NCBI GenBank assembly: GCA_041568755.1
Contig: JBFFZF010000002.1
Location: 1-63,787 of the forward strand
Origin: Longimicrobiales bacterium
GTDB lineage: Bacteria; Gemmatimonadota; Gemmatimonadetes; Longimicrobiales; RSA9
Direction: 5' to 3'
Length of the DNA: 63,787 nucleotides
Shown: positions 47,323-57,588 of the stretch, one piece after another
Layout of the letters: each line of letters starts with the position of its first letter
How positions within the stretch are numbered: position 1 is the stretch's first letter
Translations under genes and position numbers: made by a program
Notes under the pieces: model-generated
The model's input: the letters and a program-made list of their open reading frames with translations, nothing else
Databases searched by the model: none
What the model was told of the DNA's origin: nothing

Positions 47323-47613
47323 GTCAGACCTCCATCATTAGAGGATTCAACACCGGCGCGAGCCGGCCAGCCTTTTTTTCTGGGAGCGGGACGATGTCCC
47401 TGAGCGTGAATCGGGTGCGTCGACGACTCACGCGGATCGGTCGCGGATCGTGACCGCGAAAACGCGATGAGGCGAACGGATCGAGAAACGCGGGGTGACG
47501 AATACGGCGCGCGCCGCCGATTGTCAATCCTCGACGCGACGGCGCAGGATCAGAAGAGGATCGCTGGTGCCGGGTGGTGAGAAGGGTGCGCGCTCAGCGC
47601 ACGGGTGCCGGGT

Positions 47614-48231
47614 TCAGTCGGCGTCGAGCCCGCCAGCCTGGTACACGCGCAGGAAGGCCTCGACCACGGTCGGGTCGAAGCGGCGGCCCGCCTGCGAGCT
47701 GATGTGCTCGACGGCCTCCTCACTGCGCCAGGGCGCGCGGAACGGGCGCGCGTTGACCATGGAGTCGTAGGTGTCGGCGACGCGCAGGATGCGGGCCGAG
47801 ACCGGGATCGACGCACCGGCCAGCCCGGGCCTGTAGCCCGTCCCGTCCCAGTTCTCGTGATGGTAGAGCGCGATCTGCTCCGCCTCCTGCAGGATCCGCG
47901 ACTCGCTGTTGGCGAGCAGCGAGGCGCCCACGGAGGTGTGGGTCTTGATCAGGTCGAGTTCATCGAGCGAGAGCGCCTCTTCCTTGAGCAGGATCGCGTC
48001 CGGGATGGCCAGGTTGCCGATGTCGTGCAGGGGCGCGGCCAGCCGGATGACCTCGACGAGATCGGCTGGCAGGCCCATGGCCTCGGCGATGGCCGCGGAC
48101 AGCACGCCGATGCGATCGACGTGCCCGCTGCCTTCGGAATCCTTGTACGAGATGAGCAGTGCCAGGCGCTGCGCCGTCTCGACCTCGAGTGCGGTGAATC
48201 CCGCGACAGTTGTGTTCATGGTATGGATCAA
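47614..48231 (-). CDS. Stand-alone HD-GYP-type phosphohydrolase domain protein (variant GYP motif)
   Basis: HVDRIG..., [12 protein letters not shown] and [14 protein letters not shown] (GYR-P where the canonical motif is GYP). There is no receiver domain. The ATG overlaps the maeB stop. Confidence 0.75.
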   Translation of the reverse strand: MIHTMNTTVAGFTALEVETAQRLALLISYKDSEGSGHVDRIGVLSAAIAEAMGLPADLVEVIRLAAPLHDIGNLAIPDAILLKEEALSLDELDLIKTHTSVGASLLANSESRILQEAEQIALYHHENWDGTGYRPGLAGASIPVSARILRVADTYDSMVNARPFRAPWRSEEAVEHISSQAGRRFDPTVVEAFLRVYQAGGLDAD

Positions 48232-50486
48232 CCGGCGTTGGCCAGGACCGTCGTGATCGCGGTGATGTTCGCGATCTCTGGTACGGACGAGTAGTGATTC
48301 AGGACGTTGACCGGCTTCCTGAGGCCGGTCAGGATCGGACCGATGACCTCGGCGCCGGCCAGCTGCTGGACCAGCTTGTACGCGATGTTGCCCGACTGCA
48401 GGTCCGGGAAGATCAGCACGTTGGCATCGCCGCCGATGGTCGAGTGTGGAAACGTGTTGCGCGTGATCTCGGGGACCAGGGCGGTGTCGGCCTGCATCTC
48501 GCCTTCGATGAGCAGCGAGGGCTGGCGCGCGCGCGCCGTGGCGACGGCCTCCTTGACCCTCCGCGCGAGCGGGTGGTCGACGGAACCGAAGTTGCTGAAC
48601 GACAGCATCGCCACACGCGGTGTCATGTCGAAGTGGTACCGTGCCAGATTTGCCGCCATGAGCGCGATCTCCGCCAGCTCGTCCGCGCTCGGTTCGATGT
48701 TCACGGTCGCGTCCGCGAAGAACAGGATCCGGTCCTTCAGCACCATGCAGTACACGCCGGCGGCGCGGGTCACGCCTTTGCGCAGCCCGATGATCTGCAG
48801 CGCGGGCCGCAAGGTGTCCGGATACGAACGGTTGAGTCCGCAGACCAGGCCGTCGGCCAGGTCGGCGTGCACCATCATGATGCCGAAGTGAGCAGGATCG
48901 GCCAGGAGGCGGCGGGCCTTTAACGGGGTCACGCCGGACCGCTGGCGGAGGGCGTACAGCTCGTCGGTGAAACGGTCGAGCATGGCCGGGTCGTACATGT
49001 CCACGATCTCGAGCGCGTCCAGGTCGAGGCCCAGCTCGGCGGCCCGGTGGCGAACCTCGGCGGGCGCGCCGATGAGGACGGGCTCGGCGACGTCCTCGTC
49101 GACGATGACCTGGCAGGCGCGCAGGACCTTCTCTTCCGTGGCCTCGGGGAAGACGATGCGCCGCCGGCGGGCGCGGCGGGCCTTCTGGACGATGCCACGG
49201 ATGACCTGGTGGCTCTTGCCCAGGATGCGCCGCTCGAGCTGGGCCACGTACTCGTCCCAGTCCTCGATCGTGGTGCGGGCGACGCCGGTCTCGATGGCGG
49301 CGCGCGCGACGGCGGGCGCTTCCCAGGTCAGGACGCGCGTGTCGAACGGCTTCGGGATGATGTACTCCGGGCCGAAGGCGAAGCGTTCGCCGCCGTAGGC
49401 GTTGAGCACGGCGTCCGGGACATCCTCCTTGGCGAGCGCAGCGAGGGCACGGGCCGCGGCGATCTTCATCTCGTCGTTGATGGCGCGGGCTCGCACATCG
49501 AGCGCGCCGCGGAAGATGAAGGGGAAGCCGAGCACGTTGTTGACCTGGTTGGGATAGTCGGACCTGCCCGTGGCCATGATGACGTCCGGCCTGGCGCGGC
49601 GGGCCGCGGCGTACGTGATCTCGGGGTCCGGGTTGGCCATGGCGAAGACGATGGGCTGGTCCGCCATCGAGCGGACCATCTCGGGTGTGACCAGGTCCTT
49701 GCTGGAGACGCCGACGAAGACATCGGCGCCCTCGAGCGCGTCGGCGATGGTGCGGCGGTCGGTGCGGCGCACGTACTTCGCCTTGTACGGATTGAACCGG
49801 TCGTCGCGGCCTTCGTAGAGCACGCCCTTGGTGTCGACCATCAGCACGTTGTCCGGGTCGACGCCCAGCGCGAGGTACATGTTGGCACAGGCGATGCCCG
49901 CGGCGCCGGCGCCGGCGAACACGACGCGGATCTTCGCGATGTCCTTGCCGGTCAGTTCGAGGGCGTTGATCAGCGCGGCGCTGCTGATGATCGCCGTGCC
50001 GTGCTGGTCATCGTGGAACACGGGTATGCCCATCTCGCGCTGGAGCGTTTCCTCGATGTAGAAGCACTCGGGTGCCTTGATGTCCTCGAGGTTGATGCCG
50101 CCGAACGTGGGCTCGAGCAGGCGGACGCAGCGGATGAGTTCGTCGGGGTCCTCGGTAGCGATCTCGATATCGAACACGTTGACATCGGCGAAGCGCTTGA
50201 ACAGCACGGCCTTGCCCTCCATGACCGGCTTGCCGGCCAGCGCGCCGATGTTGCCCAGACCGAGGACGGCGGTCCCGTTCGTGACGACGGCCACGAGGTT
50301 GCCGCGCGCGGTGTAGGCATAGGCGTTGTCCGGATCCTCGTGAATGAGCCGGCACGGCAGTGCGACCCCCGGCGTGTAGGCCATGGAAAGGTCACGCTGC
50401 GTGAGACAGGGCTTGGAGGGGACGACTTCCAGCTTGCCGGGCCGGCCGCCGTCGTGATAGGTCAGAACGTCCTTGTCGCGGATCAC
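48228..50486 (-). CDS. maeB: NADP-dependent malic enzyme (malic enzyme domain plus PTA-like domain)
   Basis: ...[33 protein letters not shown]..., Rossmann motif [11 protein letters not shown], and a C-terminal phosphate acetyltransferase-like half. GTG at 50486 is preceded by AGGAAG. The track ORF is over-extended to 51236. Confidence 0.9.
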   Translation of the reverse strand: MIRDKDVLTYHDGGRPGKLEVVPSKPCLTQRDLSMAYTPGVALPCRLIHEDPDNAYAYTARGNLVAVVTNGTAVLGLGNIGALAGKPVMEGKAVLFKRFADVNVFDIEIATEDPDELIRCVRLLEPTFGGINLEDIKAPECFYIEETLQREMGIPVFHDDQHGTAIISSAALINALELTGKDIAKIRVVFAGAGAAGIACANMYLALGVDPDNVLMVDTKGVLYEGRDDRFNPYKAKYVRRTDRRTIADALEGADVFVGVSSKDLVTPEMVRSMADQPIVFAMANPDPEITYAAARRARPDVIMATGRSDYPNQVNNVLGFPFIFRGALDVRARAINDEMKIAAARALAALAKEDVPDAVLNAYGGERFAFGPEYIIPKPFDTRVLTWEAPAVARAAIETGVARTTIEDWDEYVAQLERRILGKSHQVIRGIVQKARRARRRRIVFPEATEEKVLRACQVIVDEDVAEPVLIGAPAEVRHRAAELGLDLDALEIVDMYDPAMLDRFTDELYALRQRSGVTPLKARRLLADPAHFGIMMVHADLADGLVCGLNRSYPDTLRPALQIIGLRKGVTRAAGVYCMVLKDRILFFADATVNIEPSADELAEIALMAANLARYHFDMTPRVAMLSFSNFGSVDHPLARRVKEAVATARARQPSLLIEGEMQADTALVPEITRNTFPHSTIGGDANVLIFPDLQSGNIAYKLVQQLAGAEVIGPILTGLRKPVNVLNHYSSVPEIANITAITTVLANAG

Positions 50487-50648
50487 GGTTTCTTCCTGCA
50501 AGAGACTTGCGAACGCCGGGCGAACGTAGGAACTCGCTGATTCCGTCACAAGGCGGCGCCGTGCTTGCGAAACGCGGGGCCGGCGTGCCAATTCGAGACC
50601 GTGGTCGCCGGTCGACCGAGCGGCGGCCGGACGCGGAATCGAAGGAGG

Positions 50649-51155
50649 GTGGTGGCGGACCTCATCGTGACCGGGAGATCGTCGGGCAGCCGGGGCGAGG
50701 AGCGGGGCGGGCACCGGCTGGCGGCGGCGTGGGGTCCGGTGGCGGTGGGCGGCATCGCCTGCGCGGCGGCCGCGGCAGCGGACACGGGATTGCATCTGGT
50801 GCCGATCGGCTTCGGCGATGCCCTGTGGGAGGCCGCGGCCATGATCGCCGCGCTGGACCGGCTGCCGCTGATCGTACTGGGCGTGGCGCTCGTCGCAGGC
50901 GCCGCTGTGGCACAGGCCCGCCGGCGCGTGCTGCTCGCGGTGGCCGTGACGAGCCTCGCGCTGGCGATCGTCGCGGCGTTCGCCGGGATCCTGGCCACCA
51001 CCGCCGTGCCGCGGGTCCTCGCGATGGCCCAGGACACGCCGAATCTGGGAGAACTGCGGCGCGGTGCCACGCGGGCGGCGATGGAAGCAGCAGCGTGTGG
51101 CGCGGCAGCGCTGTGGATCGCGTGGCGCACGTGGCAGCATCACAAGAAGCTGTGA
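50649..51155 (+). CDS. Hypothetical small membrane protein
   Basis: 3-4 hydrophobic helices and good GC3 bias. AAGGAGG lies at 50642-50648 but the exact start is unclear. Confidence 0.4.
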   Translation: MVADLIVTGRSSGSRGEERGGHRLAAAWGPVAVGGIACAAAAAADTGLHLVPIGFGDALWEAAAMIAALDRLPLIVLGVALVAGAAVAQARRRVLLAVAVTSLALAIVAAFAGILATTAVPRVLAMAQDTPNLGELRRGATRAAMEAAACGAAALWIAWRTWQHHKKL

Positions 51156-51198
51156 CCGGCGTGTCTCACCGGCGGCTACCCTGGACCGTGGAGGGACG

Positions 51199-52710
51199 AT
51201 GAGGTTGGTGGTGTTCGTCGCGCTCGGTCTGTGCACCGGCCTGACCTCCGCTGCGCCTGCTCAGCAGCGGCCGCAGGCCATCGCGATCGTGGGTGCACGC
51301 ATCGTGGACGGCAACGGCGGCCCGCCCCTCGAGGACGGCACGATCGTGATCGAAGGCGCGCGCATCGCGGCGATCGGGGCGCGCGGCGCTGTCGCCGTGC
51401 CGCGTGGCGCGCGCGTCATCGAGGCGAGGGGTCGCGCGGTGACGCCGGGCTTCGTCGACACGAACGTGCACATCTCGCTGTACTCCGGCATCGAATCGCT
51501 GGTCCGGTACGAGGACCGCTTCACGGACCTGGTCATCGAGCACGCACAGCTGCACCTCAAGCACGGCGTGACGACGCTGCGGGACAGCTACGGGATGCTG
51601 GGACCACTGATCGAGGCGCGCGACCGCATCGCACGCGGCGATGTGGTCGGGCCTCGTCTCATGGTCGCCGGCAACATCGTCGGCTGGGGCGGGCCGTGGT
51701 CGTTCACCTGGTCGGGCGTGAAGCCGTCCGGGTTGAGTCTGTTCCAGGAGCAGATGAACGATGCGATCACGCGCGGCTCGGGCGAGGAGCTGCTCGAGAT
51801 GGGTCCGGACTCGCTGCGCGCGGCAATCAACCGCTACCTGGAGCTGGGGCCCGACTTCATCAAGTTCGGGGGGACCGGCCACTACTCGAACCCCGTGATG
51901 ATCTCGTTCTCGGAGCGCGCGCAGGCGGTCCTCGTCGAGGAGACGCACAAGCGTGGTCGATTCGCCGAGACGCACTCGACGACGAGCGAGGGGCTGCGCA
52001 TGTCGCTGGTCGCGGGCGTCGATGTCGTGCAGCACCCGGAGGTCCTGCCGGAGCTCATCTCCGACGAGCTGGTCGCGATGTTCCGAGAGCGCGGCGTGGT
52101 GTGCTCGATGCTCATCAACACGATCACGGGCAAGCCGTGGGCGGACTGGTCGAGGCGCCGGGAGGCGGAGCTGAAGCGGCAGGCCGAGGCGAGGGACACG
52201 GCGCAGCAGCTGCAGCGGGCGAGGACGAGCGCCGAGCTGCGCGCGGAGCAGGGCGAGCGCGGCATGGAGATCCGGCGCGGGAACGCGCGACGGCTCATCG
52301 AAGGCGGTTGCGTGACCACCGTCGGGACCGACAACTATCTTGGCGCGGCGCCGGAGTTCCGCCGCACGGCCAAGCCGGAGCATCAGGACGCGGGCGTGGG
52401 CACGATCCGCGCCATCGAGGGGCTGGTCGAGCTGGGCATGACGCCGGCGCAGGCCATCGTCGCGGCCACGAAGAACGGCGCGCGCGCGGCCAACGGACTG
52501 ACCGAGTTCGGCACACTGGAGGTCGGCAAGCGGGCGGACCTGCTGATGTTCGAGGCGGATCCGCTGGCCGACATCACGAACATCCGCAAGCTGGCGCTGG
52601 TCATGCGTGACGGCGTGACGGTCGACATCGAGCGACTGCCCGAGCGCCCGATCTTCAGCCAGCGGGACGGCGCGCCGGGCGATCCGGCGCGCAGGCCGGG
52701 AGGTCGCTGA
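51199..52710 (+). CDS. Secreted amidohydrolase-superfamily protein (COG1228-like)
   Basis: A GGAGGG SD, a signal peptide, and [12 protein letters not shown]...[13 protein letters not shown]. The usual HxH metal motif reads NVH here. Confidence 0.75.
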   Translation: MRLVVFVALGLCTGLTSAAPAQQRPQAIAIVGARIVDGNGGPPLEDGTIVIEGARIAAIGARGAVAVPRGARVIEARGRAVTPGFVDTNVHISLYSGIESLVRYEDRFTDLVIEHAQLHLKHGVTTLRDSYGMLGPLIEARDRIARGDVVGPRLMVAGNIVGWGGPWSFTWSGVKPSGLSLFQEQMNDAITRGSGEELLEMGPDSLRAAINRYLELGPDFIKFGGTGHYSNPVMISFSERAQAVLVEETHKRGRFAETHSTTSEGLRMSLVAGVDVVQHPEVLPELISDELVAMFRERGVVCSMLINTITGKPWADWSRRREAELKRQAEARDTAQQLQRARTSAELRAEQGERGMEIRRGNARRLIEGGCVTTVGTDNYLGAAPEFRRTAKPEHQDAGVGTIRAIEGLVELGMTPAQAIVAATKNGARAANGLTEFGTLEVGKRADLLMFEADPLADITNIRKLALVMRDGVTVDIERLPERPIFSQRDGAPGDPARRPGGR

Positions 52711-52712
52711 GC

Positions 52713-52985
52713 ATGCCATGCATCGCCGTCGTGATCGCGCTCATCGCGCCACGCTTCCTGATCGTCGTGCTGTGGTGGTTCAGTGAATTCTTTGCCGGGG
52801 TGTTCCCGTCACTGCTGTGGCCGATCCTCGGCTTCTTCTTCCTGCCCACGACGCTGCTGTGGTACACGGTCGTCGCGCAGTACTACGGCGGCGACTGGAA
52901 CGGCGCGGTGCAGATCATCGGGATCGTCATCGCACTGATGATCGATGGCTCACCGGCCAGCGGGCGGCGCGGCAAGCGCGCATGA
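52713..52985 (+). CDS. Small hydrophobic membrane protein
   Basis: 90 aa with 3 predicted TM helices. It starts 3 nt after the amidohydrolase stop. Confidence 0.5.
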   Translation: MPCIAVVIALIAPRFLIVVLWWFSEFFAGVFPSLLWPILGFFFLPTTLLWYTVVAQYYGGDWNGAVQIIGIVIALMIDGSPASGRRGKRA

Positions 52986-53308
52986 ACGCGGAGCAGCGGG
53001 CGCTGAGGACCCGCATCCGCGCGGTCCTTGCGGGCTACGCGATCGGGCTGGGGGGCGTGGTTGCCGGCGTCGCGATCTGGGACTCGCGCGCCATGGTCGG
53101 GCTGTCGCTGGTCTGGCTGACGCTCGTGGTGGGGTACGCCTGGCTGGGTTTCCGTTGCCCGTTGTGTAACGCGTCGGTCTTCAACGGGCCGGCCCGCGCG
53201 GCCCTGCTCTGGCTGTTCGGCACGCCTCGCCGCTGCCCGCGCTGCCGGACCGACTACGACGTCGCGCTGGCCGAACTGCGCGACAAGGAGCGGCAGGGCC
53301 GCGGCTGA
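52982..53308 (+). CDS. Small membrane protein with a C-terminal CxxC...CxxC zinc-ribbon-like motif
   Basis: Its ATG overlaps the previous stop (ATGA). Two TM helices precede CPLC...CPRC. Confidence 0.5.
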   Translation: MNAEQRALRTRIRAVLAGYAIGLGGVVAGVAIWDSRAMVGLSLVWLTLVVGYAWLGFRCPLCNASVFNGPARAALLWLFGTPRRCPRCRTDYDVALAELRDKERQGRG

Positions 53309-53406
53309 GCTCGTCCGCCGCCCGGGCATCGCGGCGGGCGCGTTGACGGGAGGGCGCCCGGTCCCGAGCTTGTGCCGTCCAATGTTCCCGCCCTGGAGGC
53401 GCCTGC

Positions 53407-55212
53407 ATGCCGTATCCCGAGTTCCGGCCCGCCGCTGACCGCCGCTCCCGCAAGCGGGTGAACGCCCGCGCGCGGCTGGCCGGTCTGCTGCTCGTCCTGA
53501 CGGCCTGCGCGCCGACGGCCTCGCCGTCGCAATCGGCGTTCCGGGCGACGGCGCCGGCGAGGGCCGCCGAGCGGGCCGTCCAGCCCGTGCGCCAGGCGGT
53601 GCGGGCCGAGAAGGGGATGGTCGTGTCGGCCAGCGCGATCGCGAGCGCGGCCGGCGTCGAGGCCCTGAAGGCGGGCGGCAATGCGATCGACGCGGCGATC
53701 GCGACCGGGTTCGCGCTGGCCGTGACGCATCCGACGGCAGGCAACATCGGCGGTGGCGGGTTCATGGTGATCCGCTGGCCGGATGGCCGGACGACGGCGC
53801 TCGATTTCCGCGAGAAGGCGCCGCTCGCCTCGCACGCGCGGATGTTCCTCGACGCGAACGGCGAGTACTCCTCACAGATCCACCACAACAGCCACATCGC
53901 GGTGGGCGTGCCGGGCACCGTGGCGGGTTTCGCGCTGGCGCACGAGAAGTACGGGCGCGCGACGTGGGCGGATCTGGTCACGCCTGCCGTCCGGCTCGCG
54001 GCCGACGGGTTCACCGTGTCGGAGAACCTGGCGCGCTCGCTGGCCGGCGTGCTCCCCTCGATGGAACGGTATGCGGCCAGTGTGGCCGCGTACTCGAAGA
54101 ACGGCTCGCCGTACACCGCCGGCGAGACGCTGCGGCAGCCCGATCTGGCCCGCACGCTCGAGCGCATCCAGCGGCAGGGCCGGGACGGCTTCTACCGGGG
54201 CGAGACGGCGCGGCTCATCGCGGCCGAGATGCGGCGCGGCGGCGGCATCATGACGGAGGAGGATCTGGCGCGCTACGAGGCGAAGGAGCGCACGCCGATC
54301 CGCGGCACGTTCCGCGGCTACGAGATCACGAGCATGCCGCCGCCGTCGAGCGGCGGCATCGCGCTGGTCGAGATGCTGAACATCCTGGAGGGCTACGACC
54401 TGAAGGCGATGGGGCACAACTCCGACCGGTACGTGCACCACCTGGTCGAGGCGATGCGGCGCGCGTACCGCGATCGGGCGCGCTGGGTCGCGGACGCGGA
54501 TTTCGCGGATGTGCCGATCGCCCGGCTGACGAGCAAGGAGTACGCCGCCTCGCTGCGCGCGACGATCGACGCGGCGAAGGCATCGACGTCGGCCGTCGAG
54601 GACATCGTGCAGGGCGGTGAGGAGAGTGCGGAGACGACGCACTACTCGGTGGTCGATGCGGACGGGATCGCGGTGTCCGTCACGTACACGCTGGAGGCCG
54701 GGTACGGCTCGAAGATCGTCGTGCCGGGCGGCGGGTTCCTGCTGAACAACGAGATGGGCGACTTCAATGCGGGCCCGGGCATCACGACGGCGACCGGGCT
54801 GATCGGCACGGAGCCGAACCTGGCGCGGCCGGAGCAGCGCATGCTGTCCAGCATGACGCCCTCGATCGTGTCGCGCGATGGCCGGCTCGTCGCCATCGTG
54901 GGCAGCCCGGGCGGCCGCACGATCATCAACACGGTGATGGAGGTCATCCTGAACATCACCGAGTTCGGGATGGACATCCAGCAGGCCGTGGCAGCGCCCC
55001 GGCTGCACCATCAGTGGCTGCCGGACCGCGTGACGATCGAGGAGAACGGGATCACGGAGGCCGCAGCCGAGCGGCTGCGGCAGATGGGTCACGATGTGCG
55101 CGTGGCCGGCCGCCAGGGCAGTGCGCACTCGATCATGATCGACGCGCGCACCGGCGCACGGCTGGGCGCCGCCGATCCGCGCGACCGCGATGGCGGCGCC
55201 GTGGGCTACTGA
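53407..55212 (+). CDS. ggt: Gamma-glutamyltranspeptidase
   Basis: GNIGGGGFMVI, the autoprocessing/nucleophile site ESAETTHYSVVD, and SSMTPSIV. Confidence 0.92.
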   Translation: MPYPEFRPAADRRSRKRVNARARLAGLLLVLTACAPTASPSQSAFRATAPARAAERAVQPVRQAVRAEKGMVVSASAIASAAGVEALKAGGNAIDAAIATGFALAVTHPTAGNIGGGGFMVIRWPDGRTTALDFREKAPLASHARMFLDANGEYSSQIHHNSHIAVGVPGTVAGFALAHEKYGRATWADLVTPAVRLAADGFTVSENLARSLAGVLPSMERYAASVAAYSKNGSPYTAGETLRQPDLARTLERIQRQGRDGFYRGETARLIAAEMRRGGGIMTEEDLARYEAKERTPIRGTFRGYEITSMPPPSSGGIALVEMLNILEGYDLKAMGHNSDRYVHHLVEAMRRAYRDRARWVADADFADVPIARLTSKEYAASLRATIDAAKASTSAVEDIVQGGEESAETTHYSVVDADGIAVSVTYTLEAGYGSKIVVPGGGFLLNNEMGDFNAGPGITTATGLIGTEPNLARPEQRMLSSMTPSIVSRDGRLVAIVGSPGGRTIINTVMEVILNITEFGMDIQQAVAAPRLHHQWLPDRVTIEENGITEAAAERLRQMGHDVRVAGRQGSAHSIMIDARTGARLGAADPRDRDGGAVGY

Positions 55213-55266
55213 TCCGATGCGATCCCATGCCAACCGCGTGCGTCCGCGTCTGACGATGGCCGTTCC

Positions 55267-56589
55267 GTGACGGGCCAGAGCGGGGCCCGCGAACTGCAGC
55301 GCGCGCTGCGCGTCCGCGATGGACTCGCGGTGGCCGTCGGCATCGTCATTGGCGCCGGCATCCTGCGCACGCCCGGACTGATCGCACAGTACCTGGGCGA
55401 CGCGCGACTGATCCTGGGCGTCTGGGTCCTGGGCGGGATCATCGCGGGGCTCAGCACGCTGCTGCTGGCCGAGATGGCGGCCGCGCTGCCGACGGCGGGC
55501 GGCAAGTACGTGTACGCGCGGGCCGCGTGGGGCCCGATCATGGCGTTCGTCGCCGGCTGGGCCGAGCTGCTCGTCACGCGGGGGTTCTCCGGCGCATCGA
55601 AAGCGGTCGTCATCGCCGAGTACTCGACCGGCCTGGCCGGCGGCGGCAGTGTGCCGATTGTCGCGGCCGCCGTGGTCCTGGCGTTCGCGCTCCTGCACAT
55701 GGGCGGCCTCAAGGTCGGCACGCGCTTCCAGAACATCACGACGGCCATCAAGGTCCTCGTCATCGCCGGCATCGCGGGCGCCGGGCTCTTCGCGGGGGAT
55801 GCGCGCGGGTTCACAGCCACGATGACGGTCGCGCCCGAGTACGCGGGCCTGCTCGGCTTCGCGCTGGCGTACCAGGCCGTCTCGTTCGCGTACTACGGCT
55901 GGGAAGATGCGGCCAAGATGGCGGAGGAAGTGCGCGATCCGGGCAAGGCGCTGCCGCGCATCCTGCTGGGCGGGGCGGCCGCCGTCGCGGCGCTCTACCT
56001 GCTCATGAACGTCGCGTTCGTGTTCGCGCTGACGCCCGAGGAGATGGCAGGTTCGCCGCTGGTGGCCGAGGACGCGATCGCGGGCGTGTTCGGCGATGCG
56101 GCCGGCAAGATCGTCGTCGTGGCCGGTCTCATCATCCTGATCAGCAGTCTGAACGTCAACTTCCTGGGCATGCCGCGCGTGGCGTTCGCCCTGGCCCGGG
56201 ATGGCCTGGCGCCGCGCGCGTTCACGACCGTCGGCCAGCGCGGCACGCCGACCATCGCCCTGCTCTTCGTGACCGCGACGATCTTCGCGCTCGCGGTGAG
56301 CGGCACGTTCGAGTTCCTCATCCGCTTCATGATGCTCGTCGCGATCAGCGTCGATCTGGTCGTGCTGATGGGATTCTTCCGGCTGCGCCAGCTGCAGCCG
56401 GACCTGGTGCGGCCGATGCGCGTGCCGGGTTACCCGTGGCTGCCCGCGCTCGCGATCGTGCTGCAGGTGCTCGTGCTCATCATCATCGTGGCGACGCAGC
56501 CGGCTTTGGCGATCGGCGGCGGGGTCATGATTGGGGGGTTGGTTTTGATTGGGGCGGTTGTCGGGAGGGCGGGACGGCGGGAGACGTAG
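55267..56589 (+). CDS. APC-superfamily amino-acid permease
   Basis: 12 TM pattern and N-terminal GLAVAVGIVIGAGILRTPG. Confidence 0.85.
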   Translation: MTGQSGARELQRALRVRDGLAVAVGIVIGAGILRTPGLIAQYLGDARLILGVWVLGGIIAGLSTLLLAEMAAALPTAGGKYVYARAAWGPIMAFVAGWAELLVTRGFSGASKAVVIAEYSTGLAGGGSVPIVAAAVVLAFALLHMGGLKVGTRFQNITTAIKVLVIAGIAGAGLFAGDARGFTATMTVAPEYAGLLGFALAYQAVSFAYYGWEDAAKMAEEVRDPGKALPRILLGGAAAVAALYLLMNVAFVFALTPEEMAGSPLVAEDAIAGVFGDAAGKIVVVAGLIILISSLNVNFLGMPRVAFALARDGLAPRAFTTVGQRGTPTIALLFVTATIFALAVSGTFEFLIRFMMLVAISVDLVVLMGFFRLRQLQPDLVRPMRVPGYPWLPALAIVLQVLVLIIIVATQPALAIGGGVMIGGLVLIGAVVGRAGRRET

Positions 56590-56688
56590 GGCGGGAGACG
56601 AATGGCGGGGAGACGTGGGGCGGGAACGGCGGGAGACGAACGGCGGGGAGACGTGGGGCGGGAACGGCGGGAGACGAACGGCGGGGAG
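56589..56688. repeat. 38-bp tandem repeat (~2.6 copies; degenerate copies from ~56566), G-run rich on the + strand
   Basis: Unit cggcgggagacgaacggcggggagacgtggggcgggaa at 56627-56664, repeated at 56665-56688. The copy at 56589-56626 has 2 mismatches. Confidence 0.85.
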
Positions 56689-57561
56689 TTATCGGGCGAG
56701 GAGGGTGGCGAGGCGGTCGGGGAAGTCGGTGAACATGCCGTCGACGCGGCGGGCGATGAGGGCCCGCATGACGGCGGTGTCGTTCACGGTGTAGGGGTGG
56801 ATCACGAAACCGCGGCGGTGGGCTTCCTCGACGAGGCGGTCGTCGACATCCTCGTACTGCGGGCCGATGCCGTGGACCAGGCCGACGTAGTCATCGAGCC
56901 GACGGCGGATCGTGCCGCTCGTCTCGCGTGCGCGGAACAGCTGGACGAGCGGCAGGTCGGGGTCGAGGTTGTGGACGCGGCGCAGGCTCGCCGTGCTGAA
57001 CGACTGGATGATGACCCGCATGTCCCCGTTGCCGCGCGGGCGCAGGTCGTGGCGCGTCAGCGCGGCGATCAGCGCCTCCTCCATACCCGGTGCATCTTCC
57101 GGGTTCTTCGTCTCGATGTAGAAGCGGGCCCGCCCGGCGTAGCGGGCGAACACGTCGTCGAGCGTGGGGATGCGCTGCTCCGCGTACGCGGCGCGGGCGC
57201 GGTCCGGGAACGAGTCGTTGAACCAGGTGCCGGCGTCGCACCCGCGGAGCTCGGCGAGCGTCTTCCGGATCACCGGTCCGCGGCACCCCTCGCCGCGCGC
57301 GGTGCGGTCGAGCGTGTCATCGTGCATTACGACGAGGTGCCCGTCCGCGGTCATCTGGAGGTCCTGCTCCAGGTAGTCGGCGCGCATGTCGAGGGCGAGG
57401 TCCCACGACGCGAAGGTGTGCTCGGGCGCGTGCCCGGCCGCGCCGCGGTGCCCGATGATGATCATGTCGGCGATCCGGCTCTGGTGGACGGCCCCGGTGA
57501 GCGCCGCCAGCGCGACGAGCCCGATGCCCGCGGGCGGGACCGGCAGCGGTCGGCCATTCAT
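56689..57561 (-). CDS. Glycerophosphodiester phosphodiesterase (GDPD family), secreted
   Basis: IIGHRGAAGHAPEHTFASWDLAL...YLEQDLQMTADGHLVVMHDDTLDRT is the canonical GDPD core. Start at MNGRPL... (57561). Confidence 0.88.
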   Translation of the reverse strand: MNGRPLPVPPAGIGLVALAALTGAVHQSRIADMIIIGHRGAAGHAPEHTFASWDLALDMRADYLEQDLQMTADGHLVVMHDDTLDRTARGEGCRGPVIRKTLAELRGCDAGTWFNDSFPDRARAAYAEQRIPTLDDVFARYAGRARFYIETKNPEDAPGMEEALIAALTRHDLRPRGNGDMRVIIQSFSTASLRRVHNLDPDLPLVQLFRARETSGTIRRRLDDYVGLVHGIGPQYEDVDDRLVEEAHRRGFVIHPYTVNDTAVMRALIARRVDGMFTDFPDRLATLLAR

Positions 57562-57588
57562 GCCGGTATAATACCGAGCGAACGCACA

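Noticed and set aside
47340-47400. T7 tract with a short hairpin (ccggcgcgagccgg...ccttttttt) as a + strand terminator or sRNA
   Set aside because: No + strand gene lies upstream and the stem is only 5 bp. It lies in the promoter/5' leader of the minus-strand S8 protease gene, so it is more likely promoter-region A/T content.
48228-51236. Full 1002-aa ORF as maeB
   Set aside because: The first ~250 aa are Arg/Pro/His-rich junk upstream of the conserved malic-enzyme N-terminus. A GTG at 50486 with an upstream AGGAAG gives the expected ~752-aa protein.
56566-56688. Possible CRISPR array
   Set aside because: The repeats are directly adjacent with no unique spacers, there are only about 3 copies, and no cas genes lie in the window. 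It is a simple tandem repeat.
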